NCBI RefSeq assembly: GCF_006345805.1
Contig: NC_043011.1
Span: 51,224,464-51,288,463 of the forward strand
Length of the DNA: 64,000 nucleotides
From: Octopus sinensis
Lineage: Eukaryota
Reading direction: 5' to 3'
The notes beneath the pieces were generated by a model. That model was not told where the DNA came from. It did not search any database and worked only from the letters and a program-made list of their open reading frames with translations. Positions 58,881 to 64,000 of this stretch are shown here, piece by piece. The translations under genes were made by a program, and so were the position numbers. Numbering within the stretch: the stretch's first letter is position 1; each line of letters starts with the position of its first letter.

Positions 58881-61230
58881 CATACTAGTATATACAACGC
58901 AAAAACGGTCTGCATAATACGATATTTAATAAAATTCTAGAATGTATTCTTTCTGTGCGGCCCAGACGTTGGCTCCCTCTGCCTGAAAAAGATGTGCTGT
59001 CAGCAATGTCACAGCCAAATAATTGACACCAGCAGATAATGGAGCGTTTTCCTACATGAGTTATTTCCCTTTAACTACATCAGCGAGTTGTGTCCATGAT
59101 GGCTGTCAACGGTCACACACGCACACAAACAAGCTAACACAAGGACAGCGTGACAGGAGCAGAGTATAATAAGTGATAAAGGCAACGAACTGACAAAATT
59201 GTTTGACTGTCAGGGTATTATAGTATTTATTCCGCCGATCTGTGTTCAAACCATCTACTGTAGTTCTGGGGAAAGGGTACTGTCAATTATATTGACTCTA
59301 GGGTGCGACTGGTACTATTATCAATTCCAAAAGGATGAAAGGCAATGTCGACCTCCGAGGAATTTGAACTCAGAAGGAAAAGCTAGAAGAAATGTCGCAA
59401 AGCATTTTGTTATAACGACACCGAAATGGCGAAAGGGAAGGTACAAGCCTCGAGGTCGATCCCTCTTTTTATCTACTGGGTTTTTCCGGTTGAATGTATT
59501 TAACAAAAAGGCAATCAAGGGACAGGTCAAATAAAGCAAGAGGAAGATTTTGTGTGCGTGTGTGTGTGCGGCGTGTGTGTGTGTGTGTGTGTGTATGTGT
59601 GTGTTACAAGCCTTAACAGCTTTCTGTTTCCTTCCTTCTCTATTTAGTGAGTTAATGTCCCACGTTGTAAGCAACGAAATACATTATTTTTCACATGCTT
59701 TTGTAACCACTGAGACGAAACAACTAATGGGACCTGAGACGAACTGCTTTTGTTGTTCAGCTGACGATCCATAACAAATACAATAGACTAGACATTTTAA
59801 ATCAAACATCGATAAATCTATTTTATTTTATAATTCAAACAATAATATTTCAAATAGTAGTCAACGATGAACAGCAAGGACTAAGTTTCTGGCTGGTTAA
59901 GAACTCGCTCTAGTTCCTTTCCTTCACAATTCATTTGCAATGTTAATTAGCTACATAAGGACATTAGATGTCGCAATATCACATTTCCTTCGTTGTTGAG
60001 CCGTGATTTACGTGTAATAAAAAAAAAAATTATTAATTTCTTACAAAACGTCTTAAAACCAATTTGCTCTGAATAGGAAATGTTTATTAAAAAGATATTA
60101 AAACCCGCTGTTGGATGCTTTTCGTCCGCTACCGATATACTTCTGTACTTTTTAGCACTAAACATCAATATGAAATGCTTTTTCAAGACGAATACCGCAG
60201 TGCTGTGGCCTTTTATAGTATATCTATGTTAAGTTAGATATACAAATTGCTATTCTGTCGCTAATGAACTAAAATCCTAGCTTATGCCAAGTAGAGTTAT
60301 TTTTCTTAGATCCTTTGCATCACACGCATCTAAGGGAAACAACTCTGAATATTTTCCGACTAATTTACTTCCTTCTCTTACTCTTTTATTTGTTTCAGTC
60401 ATTTGACTCTGGCCATGCTGGAGCACCGCCTTTAGTCGGTACTTATTCTATCGGGGACGTAAACAAACCAGCATCTGTTGTCAAGCGATGTTGGGGGGGG
60501 GACAAACACAGACGCACAAACATACACACACACACACACACACATATATGTATATACATACATACGACAGGCTTCTTTCAGTTTCTGTCTACCAAATCCA
60601 CTCACTAGGCTTTGGTCGGTCCCGAGGTTATAGTAGAAGACACGCAGTGGGACTGAACCCCGAACTATGTGATTCGTAAGCAAGCTACTTACCACACAGC
60701 CACTCCTACGATATGATAAGAAGCAAGCGATAAAATATATTATTTTACAGATTTGATTTATGGTGATGCGCACTACCTTTGAGTTTTATTCAATTCTAGG
60801 ACAGCCAATGCCCGATCATCTGTGTAAGGTTTGATCTTCTAGAATCAGTAGAAAAATCTCCGTCAAATTACATCCTGCTGTTTTAATTTTAATTATTTAT
60901 TGTTGTTAGCGACTTGGCAGAATCATTAGAGCGAAGGAAAAAAATTGCCATGCGGTATTTGTTTCCACTCTTTACATTGTGAGTTCGAATCTCGCCGATG
61001 TCAAATTTGCCCTTCAACCTTTCAAAGCCAACAAAAGAAACTACCAGACGAGTACTGAGGTCGATGCCATCGTCTTATCCGTCACCTCAAAATTACTGCC
61101 TTGTGTCTAAATTAAAAATCTATATTATTTCTCATAAAGGGACATTTAAATAAAACATTAGTTAAATTCAGAACTACCTGCGTGCGCAAGCGGGTGCAAA
61201 TATAAATAACCATGTATGTACGTATATGTA

Positions 61231-61268
<38 letters not shown>

Positions 61269-61284
61269 CACCTTTTTCTCTCTT

Positions 61285-61506
61285 TTACTCTTTTACTTGT
61301 TTCAGTCATTTGACTGTGGCTATGCAGGAGCAGCGCCTTTAGTCGAGCAAATCGACCGCAGGACTTATTCTTTGTACGCCTAGTACTTATTCTATCTGTT
61401 CCTTTTGCCGAACCGCTAAGTTACGAGGACGTAAACACACCAGCATCGGTTGTCAAGCGATGTTAGGGGGACAAACACAGACACACAAACATATGTATAC
61501 ATACAT

Positions 61507-61539
<33 letters not shown>

Positions 61540-61695
61540 CGACGGGCTTCTTTCAGTTTCCGTCTACCAAATCTACTCACAAGGCTTTGGTCGGCCCGAG
61601 GCTATAGTAGAAGACACTTGCCCAAGGTGCCATGCAGTGGGACTGAACCCAGAACCATGTGGTTGGTAAGCAAGCTACTTACCACACAGCCACTC
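61285..61695 (-). mobile_element. SINE family A, full length
   Basis: Family match from tail to head. Confidence 0.9.
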
Positions 61696-61696
61696 A

Positions 61697-62575
61697 ACAG
61701 GATGTTTTTAAAAAATTGATATCATTTGAGATGTAAATATCACAGAAACTACATAGTCAAAGCAAAAGAAACTAAACAAGCTTAATGTTGAGGAACATAA
61801 GATTTATTCCTCCAAATTTGAATGAGGAATTCAAAGGTATGTGGATTCCATGAATGATTTCACAATTAAACAATATGTGCAATGCCTGAGACACGGAACA
61901 TGTCAAGTCAGTAGTCCAGCTCCTCTCAAACATGCTGCAGTATGTATTGGGTAACAGTCTCCAGTGCAGTAGTGATTCTCTGCTTGAGTTCCTCTATGTT
62001 TGCAGGAAGAGGAGGAACATAGACCAGGCCCTTCACATAGACCCAGAGAAAAAATTGCAAGGTGTCAGGTCAGGTGAACATGGCGGCCATTTCAACAACA
62101 CATTTCATGAGGATGTGCCAAACTGTCATTGGAGGAATCTGGGTTTCCAGACTTGATCTTCTTATGGACTTCTTGGGTGGGGCTTCACAAGAGTTTTTGC
62201 CGAACCCACTTGACCGTCTCTTCCGATGTTAGTAGTCATCCAGATCCTTTTGCCCTGCACAGACAGCCTTTCTCTTTGAATTTTTTGTGCCATGTCCAAA
62301 TCTGCATTGTTGTTGGTGACCTTTTAGAGAACTCTCTCGCAAATGCATGCTGCACAGTCTTGTTTGACTGTGTTCGAGCATACTCCAACACACAAAATGC
62401 CTTTTCTCTTCCAGTGAATGCCGTTTCTATACCTGAAAAGATAAAGAGATCAAACATTAAACATAAAATTTTGACCTGTTTCTACACATACTGTTAAAAT
62501 TTGAAGTCATTTGAACAAGAACTGGCAAAGTTATTAGATTGTGAAATGATATCAAATTTTTTAAAACATCCTGTG
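61697..62575 (-). mobile_element. Internally deleted Tc1/mariner-superfamily element (DUF4817-like HTH)
   Basis: TIRs ACAGGATGTTTTTAAAAAATTGATATCATTT / AAATGATATCAAATTTTTTAAAACATCCTGT. ORF ...EKAFCVLEYARTQSNKTVQHAF...QIWTWHKKFKEKGCLCRAKGSG. Confidence 0.8.
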
Positions 62576-62578
62576 TAT

Positions 62579-62579
<1 letters not shown>

Positions 62580-62612
<33 letters not shown>

Positions 62613-62776
62613 TGTATGTATGTATATTATGTATGTATGTATGTATGTATGTATGTATGTATGTATGTATGTATGTATGTATGTATGTATGTAGTATGTA
62701 TGTATGTATGTATGTATGATGTATGTATGTATGTATGTATGTATGTATGTATGTATGATGTATGTATGTATGTATG

Positions 62777-62810
<34 letters not shown>

Positions 62811-62875
62811 TGTGTGTATGTATGTATGTATGTTTGTATGTATGTATATATGTATGTATGTATGTAGTATGTATG

Positions 62876-62906
<31 letters not shown>

Positions 62907-62955
62907 ATATGTATGTATGTATGTATGTATATATGTGTGTATGTATGTATGTGTA
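62580..62955. repeat. (ATGT)n microsatellite
   Basis: Direct inspection; (ATCT)n/(AT)n tract also at 63428-63650. Confidence 0.99.
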
Positions 62956-63307
62956 CATATGGAGGCATATAGCATAGTGGTCCATCTGTGTTGTGTCATA
63001 TCTGCCACTGTGTGTAGTTTGACTCCTCGACGCCACTGATATAACGATACAGTTATACAGTGGGAGGTATCCTTGTTGCCACTGATATGTCCCACATCAT
63101 GACAACGTATTTTGTCGCCTGTGTGACTGGCCCAAAGCAACGTACCTCACTGACTGACACTACTTGGTGTGTCTGTTCACTATTCATTAGAAGTGGACCA
63201 ATCCACTTCTCATTTGGAGGTGTCCACCACAACATATAACTTCAGCAATGTAACTACACATGTGCTGTTGTGCTTTCTTTTCCTTCTTTGGACTTTTCCC
63301 TTTCTCC

Positions 63308-63340
63308 TTTCTGATGAAGAGCTATGCTCAAAATATCAAA
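63308..63340 (+). ncRNA. Inactivated minimal hammerhead relic (Penelope-type)
   Basis: TTT-CTGATGA-A-GAGC-tat-GCTC-AAAA-TATC-AAA; GAAA has changed to AAAA. Confidence 0.4.
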
Positions 63341-63426
63341 CTCTCTCTTTTCACTGAGTGTCAAACTAATATATTCCTTGTGCATCCTCTTGTTGTCTGT
63401 TAATTTTATTAATTTTTTTGAATTGA

Positions 63427-63486
<60 letters not shown>

Positions 63487-63497
63487 ATATCTATCTG

Positions 63498-63554
<57 letters not shown>

Positions 63555-63602
63555 ATATATATATATATATATATATATCTATATCTATATATCTATATAT
63601 CT

Positions 63603-63654
<52 letters not shown>

Positions 63655-64000
63655 ACCCATTCTACTCGAGGTGACCTATTGAGTCAAGTATGTCACCAGC
63701 AACATGAAAATAAAAATCAAATGGAAATTGTAGTTATGATACCTGTGCTGGTGGCATGTAAGAGTGGTTGGTTTTAGAAAGGGCATCCAGCCAGCCATAG
63801 AAACACTGCCAGATCAGATGAAGCCTGGTGCAGCCTCCTGGCTTCCAGACCCCGGTCAAACCGTCTAACCCATGCTAGCATGGAAAACGGATGCTAAACG
63901 ATGATGATGATGAGATATATATATATATATGAATATATGTATATATAATTACATATGTATATGCATGCACAGTCAGTGGATACCTACTGTTAATGAGGCA

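Overview
AT-rich, microsatellite-laden eukaryotic genomic DNA. The SINE, LINE and mariner repertoire and the dense (TA)n/(CA)n tracts point to an octopus (coleoid cephalopod); this is an inference, not a database result. The left half holds a multi-exon, secreted GH18 chitinase gene on the minus strand. Eight coding exons from 24521 down to 4813 splice in frame with canonical GT-AG sites and give an intact FDGLDIDWEYP catalytic motif. Its 3' end is ambiguous: there is a short terminal exon at 3868 and a two-exon, cysteine-containing extension of about 133 aa at 2233-1735. A convergent plus-strand terminal exon encoding a CBM14 chitin-binding domain lies at 422-603. The rest is transposon debris (tRNA-derived SINEs, RTE and R4/Dong-like LINEs, mariner/Tc1 elements, hAT and Harbinger-like MITEs, a Ty3/Gypsy relic) plus an 11.1-kb array of a 98-bp satellite (43429-54576). 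The most notable unexplained structure is a set of hammerhead-ribozyme motifs in Penelope-like palindromic elements. One has a canonical core and a very long stem II and is present in both arms of a 451-bp near-perfect inverted repeat. Another is an apparent G3:C8 core-covariant hammerhead in a 112-bp-arm hairpin element. Several of these lie in sense orientation inside introns of the chitinase pre-mRNA.
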